Positions 26,700 through 38,510 of a stretch of 55,375 nucleotides of DNA are shown here, piece after piece. Within the stretch, counting starts at the first letter, position 1. Every line of letters starts with the position of its first letter. The stretch is from Girardia tigrina (lineage: Eukaryota): contig MQRK01203673.1 in assembly GCA_001938485.1 (NCBI GenBank), positions 16,107 through 71,481 on the forward strand, in the 5' to 3' direction. The position numbers and the translations under genes were made by a program. The notes under the pieces are model-generated. The model was not told where the DNA came from. It ran no database searches and was given only the letters and a program-made list of their open reading frames with translations.

Positions 26700-28212
26700 A
26701 AAAAACCAAACTACTCGTATTACAGTTCTTGATTTTAAAGATAATTTTCTTAAACAAGACGCTGCATTTGTTTTATGGGTTGAATCAGTTCCTATTGATA
26801 AATTGATGGAATTTTCAATTCCAGAAAACGAAAATGTTCCTCCATGTACAATTGACTCCGTTTCACCCTTCGATATCAATAATGATTTATTAATTTTTCT
26901 AAAGTATTATGACTACCGATCCAAGTCTATTCATTTTTGTGGACATATCTTCATTAGAATCCAATCTCAACTCAATGTTATCATACCAGAAATGTTGCGA
27001 AGAGCAAATTTACCCGCTAACACAAAATTATTAGTGTATGAAGAACGCAAACCGCAAAATATTGAGAAGTTAAATCCTGATTCGAAAATTGAGCAGTGCG
27101 TTGAAATTTTAATGGACGGAAATATTATAGTCTTTCAAGAAGAACCACCAAAAAGTGAATCAGAAGAACTTTCTTGTGTGGTTGATTATTTCAATGATTA
27201 TTTCTATCAGAATGACATTCTTTTCGTTGATAAAAACAATGTCGATGAACAGGGTTTCGTATTAAGATTTTCCGGCAAATCCTCTTATGAAGATATGACA
27301 AAAGCTGTTGGACATTATCTTAATTATCCGGCAGATAAAATACAGTTCTTCCGATCACAACCGGGATTCTCCAATAAAGAAGTTATAGGTAGTTGTATCA
27401 GATCCACCTTTGACGGTGAAATCAAAGACTTGTTGGCTCAATATCCGAGGAACAAAGGCCAACGAAGGATTTACTATGAAAAATTGTCGATCCCAGTTGA
27501 AGAATTGGAAAATATGCGTCAAGTTCATTGTTTCTATGTGAACGATAAACTGAGCGAAGAATTGCTCTACACGGTAAATCTGAATCGGTCTGCCTCAATC
27601 AAAGATCTCATAGATGCTATATCAAAGCAAATCAATATCCGTCAGTCCTCCACAAATGATCAAACTAGCAAACCAAATATGAACGAAAGTATCGAGTTAT
27701 CAGAACAAGATCTTTCTAAAAATTTCCGAGTCTTTGAAATCAGCTCATGTAAAATTATTCAACAATATCCTCTTGAAACGAAAATCTCCCAGATTCAAAC
27801 CTCTATAAATAGACATTTGCGAGTCGAAGAAGTACCTGTTGATGAAAGAGAAATGGAACCAAACGAAGAACTGATTTATGTGGCTCATTTTCATAAAGAT
27901 TCATACTCGACCTTTGGAATTCCTTTCGCTTTAAAAATCCGAGACGGAGAAACATTTAACGCTGTCAAAGAGAGAATCAAAAGGCGACTAGATATATCGG
28001 ACAAGGAATTCGAGAAATGGCGATTCGCGATTGTCGGGGGCAGAGCATCGTATTTACCAGACGATCCCGAATCTATCGTAAGAACAAATGTATTTCATTC
28101 TCACAATTTCAATACAGTCTCTGGAGCCAGACCCTGGTTAGGTATCGAACACAAACCTTCAAAGCGACCCCGAGCTACTGGTTGTGAAAAACCAATTAAA
28201 ATCCATAACTAA
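26700..28212 (+). CDS. USP7: USP7 terminal coding exon (UBL1 end to UBL5, plus C-terminal activating peptide)
   Basis: Open frame from the acceptor at 26699 to TAA at 28210-28212. Motifs LIFLKYYD, LMDGNIIVFQ, VAHFHK...TFGIPF and PWLGIEH; ends EKPIKIHN (compare EKAIKIHN in human USP7). Confidence 0.96.
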
Positions 28213-28418
28213 TCGATGAGTGTACAAAAGTCACATCAAAACTGCTATATTAGACATTGTTAATGCAATATTTGGACAGACAGAGAGCAAGCAGGTCTGA
28301 CTGTCCAGCTTCTATTCTCTCTCTACATGTGTCGCCTTTAATGTAGCTGATTAAATTTTGGTGTGAGCTCAAATGTTAAATTTTGTATATTAGGGATTCG
28401 CTAGTGTATAAATATGGA

Positions 28419-28428
28419 AATAAATAAA
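28419..28428 (+). promoter_or_regulatory. Candidate polyadenylation signal(s) of USP7
   Basis: Overlapping AATAAA hexamers about 210 nt after the stop, followed by T-rich sequence. The AT-rich background lowers specificity. Confidence 0.5.
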
Positions 28429-29067
28429 ATTGTCAGATTTACTTGAGTTTTTTCATGTTTTCATTAATGTATTTTAATCGTTTAATGTTGGCCAGAAATT
28501 GCTCAGTTTTAACATTTGTCCAGTGTCATATGATTCATAAGTACTTGGACAGTGAACTGTTTTTTATAACTAGCTGTCCAGTTTTTGCATTCTTATGTTA
28601 AATATGGGAATCAGTAAATAGACTTCTTGTGGTGCCCTATTGATTGATCTCCACGACAAACCGTTTCTTGTAATCAGAAGTAATTACACCCGAGCGTCTC
28701 AATACATCTTCATTAGAAATAGGACTGATATTAATTTTCATCATTCGGCGTAAGAACTACATTACAGCTGCATCCGTTCTCTTCCATTTCTTGTGAAATC
28801 GTCCAATATTCTAAGCTGTAAGAAAGAACTGTATAAATAGACTACAAACTGAAAATATTCACTATTTTATAAGTCTCGTAACATTGTTTGAAATAACTAA
28901 AAATGATAAAGTTAGGGAGCTTTCAAAGGACGTCATCTGCTGACGATACCTTGAATTTAGCTTGCTTAAACACCTTGCTTTAATTTACAATGATACTACC
29001 ATCGATATGAGTCTAATCTCTTTCAAATGGTATGCAGCCAAGGGCTCTTTAGAGACCACCAAAAATG

Positions 29068-29236
29068 GGTAACCGGACGAACATCACAAATTACTTTAGG
29101 GTTAGGTTTTAAGTTAGAATTAGGGTTAGGGTACTGAAACGTATGGAATCTATATTTAAATGTTTAAAATATATTGCAATACTTTTGTTATACTTGGCAG
29201 TTGTAATACTGTCCTGAGATGTTTTGTCCTAGAACC
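29068..29236. mobile_element. Merlin-like MITE with 8-bp TSD and internal TTAGGG-like repeats
   Basis: TSD caaaaatg at 29060-29067 and 29237-29244; TIRs ggtaaccggacgaacatc / gatgttttgtcctagaacc. Confidence 0.85.
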
Positions 29237-30669
29237 CAAAAATGAAGGTCATAGGGGCACCCTATAGGTCTCCTACCTCTATTTTCATTCTCTGTTCTGG
29301 TTTTGCGACTTATTGGTTCTCGCTGTAATTCTTTATGTGATATTCAGCCATCTTGTGAAAGTGGACTATTGAACATTCATTTTCCTTTCATCGGTCTTTG
29401 TTTTCTTCGATTGTGCGACTGGAGGAACATCCTCTGATAAATATCTCGGCTCCGACGTGATCTCTTCTCAAGTGCATGTTCAGCTCTGTGATTTCTGTAA
29501 ATGACGTAAAAAATAGATCCATCGGCTTTTCTGTATTCTCAATCTTGAAATATATACTTCAGTATTTTTTCCATCTTAGCCTTGTTTTTGTAATTGATTG
29601 ACCTTCTCGATTCTTGTAAATGTTGTCTACATGTCCTCATTTTGGATCTCGTTGGTAATGTTCTGATGAGTGAATTGCTCTCGGACTAGCCAATTCATAT
29701 CGAGTTTGAGTTATTCCATTAGATATTGTTTTTTTTCTAGTCACTCCCTTTCTTTCAACTTCCTATATGACTTTGAATTGCTCTCTGCCTTTTCTGGACA
29801 GTCGCCCAGATCGCTCTTCACATCATGGTTGACATTTCAACATTTTATCCGTCGGTGTGGTAATCCGATGTTCATTGTATCCATTGAAACATCCGTTTTT
29901 TCATTTACACTTGTGTCAGTAGAAAAAAATAAAAAGCATAATAAAAGTCGCCTCACAAATAACCAAACAAACACTTACTCAGCTACAACAAATAATCTAA
30001 CAATCTTCTACGTTTACTTTTACAGCAATGCCTCGATACAAATTAAAATACACACCTTACAATGAAACATTTCACACAAACAAAATACCTTATTCACCGA
30101 CACATAAAATGTACCAAACCATATCAACCAAATTAGCTTTCTTAACAATTCTCATAAAACATAATATTACAGAAAATGTTCATACAACTCACCAATCATC
30201 GATAGCTAACATTACAGAACTATAGAAAAAAATTTCAAATTCACAAAATCTTAGATAATTAAAACATAAAATTGAAGAAATCGAAAAGTAAAACAAAATA
30301 TTAAAAACAGAAATAATGCAATTAAAAAACAACAAAAAGAAATCGAGACCAAATTTTAAAATTTTGGCACTTATGATGTTGAAAAAAAAGAAACAAAATA
30401 AATCAAACATATGCTGGTACTATGAAAGATATGGAAATTAGGCATAAAGATGCCAAAAATCTTGTCATTTCAAACAAAACAGAAATCACATAAAAAACCA
30501 AAGATACGAACATACTACAACTCTGAAATTAAAAAAAAATATTAAAATAAACATATTGTGAGTATTAAGAGAACTCGCGCATTTGATATAAGGATTATTA
30601 AATTTACAATTTTGATCATCTCTATGACAATCAATAGTATTACTCTCACTTAAATCTATCACTCAATGT

Positions 30670-31005
30670 TTAATACTCCTCATATCAATCAAAACTAACT
30701 TGAAGAAAATTATTATATTTAAAATATTCAATTTTATTGGCTAAAATGAAATTACTTTTTATAATCATTTTTAAACATTAATTTGATTTTAATTATTTAA
30801 AAATTAACAAAAATAAAATCATTTAAAAGTTACAATAAGAAAAATTAAATATTTGTTTATTAATCTAAATTTAAATAAATTAGTTTCATATTATAAGAAT
30901 TAAAATCCGTCTGATTAGGAGAGGCACAATCCCAAATCAACACACAACATTTAAATATGCAAACACTACACAAAAACATCAACACACCAAATATTTAACA
31001 CTCAC
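30670..31005 (-). repeat. Dispersed LTR-like repeat, copy 2
   Basis: Reverse complement of 13534-13890, for example attaggagaggcacaat.ccaaatcaaca.acaacatttaaa.atgcaaacactacac. Confidence 0.72.
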
Positions 31006-31729
31006 TGTGAGTCACAGTGCAAATCAAAATTTATTTTTTTGGACTCTATTTCTGGTGAGATGGGACTAATTTGCCATTTCAACCAGTCTGCAGAACTAAC
31101 CAAATAGTTGTTTGTTTTTTAGAAATATTTAGAAATTGTTTTTTAAATTGATGTAATTTTATGGATGCATTGTTATTGCGGTTTTCTATTTTTTTATCTT
31201 CACAAAATCTGAATTTTATTGTGTGAATTTATGAATCGAGTTTTTTGGTAACTAATTAAATGTTTATTATATAAATAATGTAAAATGATTAAATTGTTGT
31301 TTAAGAGGTTGTTTTAATAAGTCAATGTACGGTAACGAAAGAAATAAATTGTAAATTTTGAATAATCAGAAATAAACATTTTCAGAAGATAATTTTTTTA
31401 ATTATAGATAAAAAGATTGATCGAATATATGAAATCAGAAAAAATGCTTTATTCAGATTATGATCCTTTTGATGAAAATAAATTATTACAATGGGATAAG
31501 ATTGTTCGTCATAGATACAAAATCTCAGACGATACGTTTGTGAGTTGTCTGAATTGTCGCGTGTCCGTTGACGACATTTTCAATTAAGCTTTTGATCAAT
31601 ATTTTCATATAAGAATAATTCGATTGATTATCGACTCTTATGAAATTATAATGGTTTCCAGGAATTACGTGTGGCGCCAGACAGATGGACCGATGACGAC
31701 ATGGTCTAAGACGTATTTTATGGCAAACT

Positions 31730-32640
31730 AATTATATTTGAATGGAAACTGGTCCTCATTAGGACCAAGAATTTTAATTGTCTAATGAAATGGCATATTA
31801 TGATTTCAATCTCACCAGAGGTAGGAATGTTTGAGATGTATTCCAGACTGGGTTACTCAACGGCAAAAGCGGAGTGCAGCGACCACGCTAAAAAGAATGT
31901 TATCTCTAGGTTCTGTAGCCATCTTTTGATTTAAATTGGTGTAAAATAGAAATTTGAGCATTATATCTTAGAAACCAGTTTTATTTCGTTACAGAAATAT
32001 CGCTTTGCGAAGTAACGGGGAGAATTACAACTTCGGAGCCCTTATCAATGAGCATCTTGATTGTGGTCGTCGATCCTGACACTCTTTAAATCACGATATC
32101 CGCCATTAGTCTCTCAGTTCTCCGTAGTATGCTGCGTGACATATTATTAATGTTGCAACAACAACTGCTGCCAATTGTTGATGTTTCGTATATTTGCAGA
32201 CCGTTGCAAAGTATCCAAATTTGGAGCAGTTCATGTAGGTGGTTCTTTTTGCTGGGTAGTTCGGAAAATCTGCTTTGTGTTTCTTTGAGCCGCATCGGTA
32301 GCATTCCGTGTTCTGTCTTTCCGGTCCTCTGTATTCCGGCCACTTTTTTCCAGATGTCATTGAATATGATTACGGTTTATCTTGCGATATGGCGTTTACG
32401 ATTCTGATACAATCAAATATATTTTTCGGTCGTCGCAGTCGTAATTCTGTGGCATACCTCTCCGGTGTTGCACTGATGAACTTTGGTACTAGTAATTCGT
32501 CCTTTTTAACATATTGAAAGTTATCTAACATTTTTCTCGAGAGTGGTCGCATACTCATCGGGTGATCCTGTATATTTTGCATTGAAGAACTCGACCCAAC
32601 CCACATAGCTTGGGGTCGGCACGTTTAACTGTTCAAGGCC
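31730..32640 (-). mobile_element. Gypsy LTR retrotransposon gag-protease fragment
   Basis: Degenerate double zinc knuckle CYRCGSKKH...PAK...CSKFGYFATVC, followed by protease-like IDKGSEV at ~32030-32050. Confidence 0.75.
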
Positions 32641-32892
32641 CGTTTATACGTTTAGTTTCATAATTTGTAGTAAACGTTTAGCAATCATTAAACGCATTTA
32701 ACCATATTTTTCAATGTTTATTCTTCTTCGATTAGACATAAAATTTAAGTTTTCACGATCCGCACAAAAAAAATTTAAAATAATATTATTAATAAAAAAT
32801 TTTTTTTATAAAAACAACCACGTTTTTCAAGCATTACCAATGCACTAAAAAGAGGAGAATAATTTTTTTCTAGACATGTGAGAAATTTTATA

Positions 32893-33007
32893 CCTAACCA
32901 AAAACGTGGGGCGGATTTCTGAATTACTGCTATTAGTAACTGCTATTTCCGCTTTACTGCTTTTTAGTAACAATCGATCATTTCTATGCCCCACGTTTTT
33001 GGTTAGG
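32893..33007. mobile_element. 115-bp TA-flanked MITE / hairpin
   Basis: Perfect inverted repeat aattttatacctaaccaaaaacgtggggc (32884-32912) / gccccacgtttttggttaggtataaaatt (32988-33016). Confidence 0.8.
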
Positions 33008-33015
33008 TATAAAAT

Positions 33016-33303
33016 TATAGTAATACATTTTAATGCTTATACTTTTAACCATGTCTTTTATTACCGTCGATTTGAATGTTTTACCACAATCTGTATGAAT
33101 CTCTTTCGGAGCACAAAACCATAAAATCCATTTTGTCATATTTGTATTTGTTGTGATTCTCCGTACTCATAAACTGAAATTATAAGGCAAATAAAAGGAT
33201 TTCAAAATTGTATTTTTATTAAAATGGGTTTATTTAAACAAGAAATAATTAATTTCTTTTTTTTGTATAATTGAATTTTATGAAATTAAATTATATCATT
33301 ACA
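33016..33303 (-). repeat. 288-bp direct duplicate of 35058-35345 (Gypsy-A LTR plus 133 bp of Gypsy-B integrase)
   Basis: Sequences match at offset 2,042; I saw one mismatch (aaggatttc vs aaggaattc). Confidence 0.93.
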
Positions 33304-33722
33304 ATAAAATTTATTTTTTAAATCATATTTGATGTTCGTCCCACATTGGGAGTTGTCACGGGTCCAGGACCGCAGGTTGGACAAAAAGGTTGACTTAAGA
33401 GCTAACACATACATAACAGTTTTAAGAAAAATATATTTAAAAGATTATATGTTAGAATTTTATTTTCATAATTATTTTCATACTGAAATAAATTAAATAA
33501 AAATGTCGAAAAAAATAACATTAAACTTTAAACAATGATCAAAATGCCCTTATTTCTTTAGTACTCATTCGTAGAGTAAAGATGAAGAAATAATGTAACA
33601 GATTTTGTAATAACTAATTTTTAATATCCAATAATAATTTCATAATAAGAAATCAATATAATAAAAATTGAAAATAAAAAAAACTGAAATATATATAATT
33701 ACTTATAAAATAGATAGAATTT

Positions 33723-34418
33723 GTGTCTGCTTCAAAAGAGAAATTCAAATATTCATCTTTGTTTCAAAGTTTACATTTTGCGTCAAATGACATAGCGTAT
33801 GACACACATTGTGCAACATTAAAAGATAAAATAGATGAACGAAATAGATGTAAGATATGTAGCATTTACTTTGCTTCACTGACATTGTTAAAACAGCATC
33901 GAATTGTGCACTCCTTAAAAGAAAATCATGGCACAGCTGAATTGAAACCAAAAAGGATTCTTAAACGTCGTAATAAGGAAGTACATGCAATCATTGAAGA
34001 GACAAAAGATTTTGAAAATGCCGAATGGATAGATGAGAATGAAGTTCAAGATGTTCGGATGGAACCAGCAGAAGAAGAATTGATACATTTTCCAATAATA
34101 AGCATCGAAAAACACCTTGAATGCCTTTGGCAGAATGTATAATAAATTTATTAAAATATGATTTTTTATCTTTAATAAATTTTATTGGGAGTTTTATTTT
34201 CTTATTTTAATATTAGGCCCCCAACTTATGATTATGGCACTTTGTCGACCATTTTTATGATAATAAGTTTAACCTATGATTTTTATTTGGAAAAAATATT
34301 TGTTACCTTACGTGTGGAGGGGGGTGGGGGTTACAAGGTTTTGTTACGGTCTGCTACAGGGAGGGAGGGGGTGTCTAAAAAATTATTTTTTCGCGTTACA
34401 TATTATGCGAACAAGCCC
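33723..34418 (+). mobile_element. 3' part of a Zator-like DNA transposon
   Basis: C2H2-like RCKICSIYFASLTLLKQHRIVH followed by KPKRILKRR...AEWIDE. Terminus ...gttacatattatgcgaacaagccc is followed by TAA belonging to the Gypsy-B LTR. The family assignment is from recalled similarity only. Confidence 0.6.
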
Positions 34419-35190
34419 TAACCATATTAACATAAACACATTTTTATTTTTAAATAAGTATTTAGATTTAATGATTTTCTTTATTTTAATTTAAACTTTT
34501 GTATATTTTTACTTTTTTTAAACTTTCAAATTAAAAAAAGTAATACATTATTTTGGCGAAATGCAATTTTAAATTAACTCCTCATATCCCTTAAAACATT
34601 TATCCTTTCTTTATGAATTTTCTTAATTTTCCACGTTTCGATCTAAAATTCTTCCATTTTCATGTATTAGTTTATACCTTCTGTCATGTGTTTTCTCTAT
34701 CACATTTATACAGTCCTTCATATTTATCTTTACTCTTTATCCCCATTTCCACCTTGACGAGTACTTCATCTCCGATTTCGAAATTTCTTCTGGTTGTTGT
34801 TTCTTCTTTTTCCTTTACTTGGTGTAACTTTATATCTTGACTATGCCATCCTTCTCTGTATATTTTCTTACCGAATAAAATTTCAGCTTGGCTTTTCCCT
34901 ATTGTTTTCTGAAAAGTTGCGTTTATTGTGAATTCTATTTCCGGTAGTAGTTCCTCCCAGTCTGATCCTTTCTTTGTATGTAATGATGCGTTTAAATATT
35001 CTCTTATCGTCGGAAATTGTCTTTCTACTATTCCATTCGAGTTATGATGGTACGGACTATAGTAATACATTTTAATGCTTATACTTTTAACCATGTCTTT
35101 TATTACCGTCGATTTGAATGTTTTACCACAATCTGTATGAATCTCTTTCGGAGCACAAAACCATAAAATCCATTTTGTCATATTTGTATT

Positions 35191-38100
35191 TGTTGTGATT
35201 CTCCGTACTCATAAACTGAAATTATAAGGCAAATAAAAGGAATTCAAAATTGTATTTTTATTAAAATGGGTTTATTTAAACAAGAAATAATTAATTTCTT
35301 TTTTTTGTATAATTGAATTTTATGAAATTAAATTATATCATTACATTTCTCCCTCCTCAGAAACACCATGGGTGGAGATGAAAGCTGGTTTGAGTCGATC
35401 AACTGATACTGACGTCCCGTCTTCCATGATGAAGTATTTTGGACATTTCTGCTTTACTTTATGCAGTCCAGAATAGGGGCTTCGAGGGAGGTTTTGGCAC
35501 GTTTCTTTATATACACGAACTCACAGTCCTCAATTGATTTCGGAATTTTTACGTCGTTCTGAAATATTTGTTTGACTATTTTTCCGCTTTCCGCAATGTT
35601 TCTTATGCATCGACACTTCTTCTGGCGAAGTTAGCTCTGTATACTTTTTGGACGGGTGACAATCCGCTGGCGTCCGAGCAATTCCGTAAGCAAAACTCCA
35701 CCGTTGGCAGTACGCGAATTCATGTTTTTTGTTTTGTAGCGTTGTTACCATAATTGCCGCTTTCATGGTGTGATGAATTCGTTCTATCTTTCCGTTGAAT
35801 TGTAGGTGGTATGCCGTCATTTGAATGGATTTAATGCCTAATTGTTTGCATAATTCCTGAAATAAAGAACTAGTGAACTGAGTGCCTCTGTCGGTCACTA
35901 TTTCGGTCGGAATACCGAATCTAGATGTCCAATTTTCGACCAAGGCTCTCTCTACTGTTTCAGCTGTGATGTTCCTAACCGGTATCATCTCAGACCACGA
36001 AGTCTGACGATCTATTTAAGTTAATGTAAATGCTTTACCGTTTATAGCGGGAAGCGGTCCCACGATATCCATGTAAATTGCGTTGAATCTGCTCGCTGGT
36101 GGAAGTGGCATGATCTTTGATTTCATGTGTGGATAAATTTTTGCTTTCGTACATTCTTGGCATTCCTGATACCCATTCTGAATGTCTTTCGTCATTTTAT
36201 GCCATGCATGCGATCGAGCGATAAGTTCTCTGGTAAGTTTGATACCTGGATGACCGCCCTGATGGTGCATCTGAAAACCTTCTTTCCGAAGTGACGGTGG
36301 TAATATTAATTTATTGTTCTTCATCCATAATTCGTCCGAATCTTTCTTTAACTCTGTTCGTCGTTTGGTTAAAAGGACTTGCATCTGCTTTGTGAGAAAT
36401 CCATTTGCATGAAGTTGTTTCTGGATAACGCATCGGCCACTGTATTTGTATGACCTGGGCAGTATTCAATGGTACAGTCCAGTTCTGATATGAACTGCAG
36501 GTGTCTCCATTGACGATTAGTCAGATTTTTTGGTTGAGTGTGTGAGAGGGGTTGGTGATCTGTATAAATTGTCGTAACTGAAACTTCCAGAAGGAGCCGG
36601 AAATGTTTGCAGGCTTTATATATGGTCAGTAGTTCTCGATCGCACGTACTGTAGCGTTTCTATTTCTATTCGCATTCCGATAACTTTCTGCTAAAAAATA
36701 TAAAGGTTTACCATTTTGTTCGAGTACCACTCCCACTGCTGTTCCGGAAACGTCCGACCGCAGAATGAGTGGTAGAGAATCATGAAATGTGGAGAGTTCC
36801 GTGGCCTTCATCAACGCGGATTTAGTTTCGTTAAACGCTTCCTTCACTTTCGAATCCCATTTCAACCGTTCCACTTTCCCTTTTGTTAGTGCATTTAGTG
36901 GGCCCATCACTACCGCTGTCCGAGGAATGAATCAATTATAATAGTTTACCATTCCGCAAAACCGTTTGAGTTCTTTGATTGTTTTTGGTTCTGGATACTT
37001 CGCTATCGCTTTCACCTTTCCTGGCATCGGTCGAATCCCGTTATCACGGATTGTGCGTCTAATATATTTCACTTTTTTCATGGAAAATCGACATTTTTCT
37101 TGATTGACTGATAGATTTGCCCGTTGTAAATCCGAAAAAAATTTCTGCAACGTGGTTGCTGTGTTCTTCCTCCGAGTCTGAGACGATGAGTATGTCATCC
37201 AAATATGTCACTACGAACGGATACGGTCGTAGAACGTTGCCTATCGTTCTCTGGAAGGTTGGAGGGGCATTACGAAGATCGAATGGCATGTATAGAAACT
37301 CAAACATGCCAAAAGGGTTGCTGACTGCCATTTTTTCGATGTCTATGGGTATCTGAAAATACTCTTTTTCTAAATCAATTGTGGCAAATACTTTATTTTT
37401 ATTTGTGAATTGTAAAATATGGTCAATTCTGGGAATGGGATAACGGTCCGGAATCGTCTGCTGATTTAACAATCAGTAATCTCCACACACTCTGTATTTT
37501 GAGCCTTGTTGAACCATCACTAGTGGTGATGTGATGGCGGATTAGGACGGGCGACATTTTTTTTGTCCGATCATGTCCGTGAACCACTCGTTCGCTTCTT
37601 TCAGTTTCGTACCGAAGAGTCGTCTGACTGGTTGACTTCGTGGTAGACCGAATAAATGGATTCTGTGAACGACCGAGTCCGTGTTTTGAGAGTTCGTGTA
37701 CGATAAATGCTGTTGCTGTCCGAGCTGAATATTGATCAAGCGAATTTTATTTTTGTCGTAATCGACAATGAACCTAAAATGAGATACAAAATTCCTCACC
37801 GAAAATAGGTTGATTGACGTCACAGACATGGAAAATCCATTGGTATTCAGTATTTTTGATGCTTACTGTGAGCTCCAGATCTCCTTGGCATTTGATTGTG
37901 GAATCGTTAGAAGCATGAAATGTCAACCCACAAGGACATGCGGGCCGGAATTCGCATATCTGGAGACATGAAACCGATGCGCCCGTATCTATCAGAAACT
38001 GAACGCCGTTGCTCGAGATAGTTAGTGAATTGATGCATCGCTGAAATGGTACCCCCGCGATGCCTATGTTCGAGGTACCGTCTCGTTTCCCTGAACTGGA

Positions 38101-38510
38101 AATGTACAAGGAGACCTGTCATCTAATGCCTTGCATTTGCGAGCTTTGTTACCGTATTGCCGATGATAATAACACAGAGTCCCTTGTTTACCGTCAATTT
38201 TTCGTTGTAATTGTAGTATTTCTGATTTGATGTGTTCAAGATCCTTTTGTGTTCGGTTCACGATATGATCGAAATATCTGTCGGTGCTTGATCGAATAAT
38301 AAATCTGCTAATTCGGCCAAATTGTCGATGTCTTTAGCCATGTGGCTAATGACGTGGCAACAAATTTGAGTCGGAAGTGCCTGCAGGAATTCGAACTTAA
38401 TAATTTCCTGACAGTCAATACTGGTGTCACTGAACGCTTGATGAAGGCGCTGAAGTAGTTCTGACGGTTTTTCGAGTCCGTTTGTTCGAGTCGAATGTCT
38501 GGATTAATGT
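35191..38510 (-). mobile_element. Gypsy element A (5'-truncated, frameshifted gag-pol, PPT and 155-bp 3' LTR)
   Basis: Gag CYYHRQYGNKARKC, protease FLIDTGASVS, RT DRYPIP...MPFDLRNAP..FQR...YLDDILI, RNase H, and integrase HPG..C..C / VTDRGTQF / NGKIER in Gypsy order. PPT gaggagggagaaa is followed by a TG...CA LTR at 35345-35191. Confidence 0.93.

Noticed and set aside
28620-29900. Possible decayed Gypsy internal sequence on the - strand
   Set aside because: No diagnostic motif could be read with confidence.
31003-31019. CACTGTG-agt-CACAGTG, two RSS/Transib-like heptamers
   Set aside because: No nonamer at 12/23 spacing, no partner TIR or 5-bp TSD, and no Transib/RAG-like coding sequence found.
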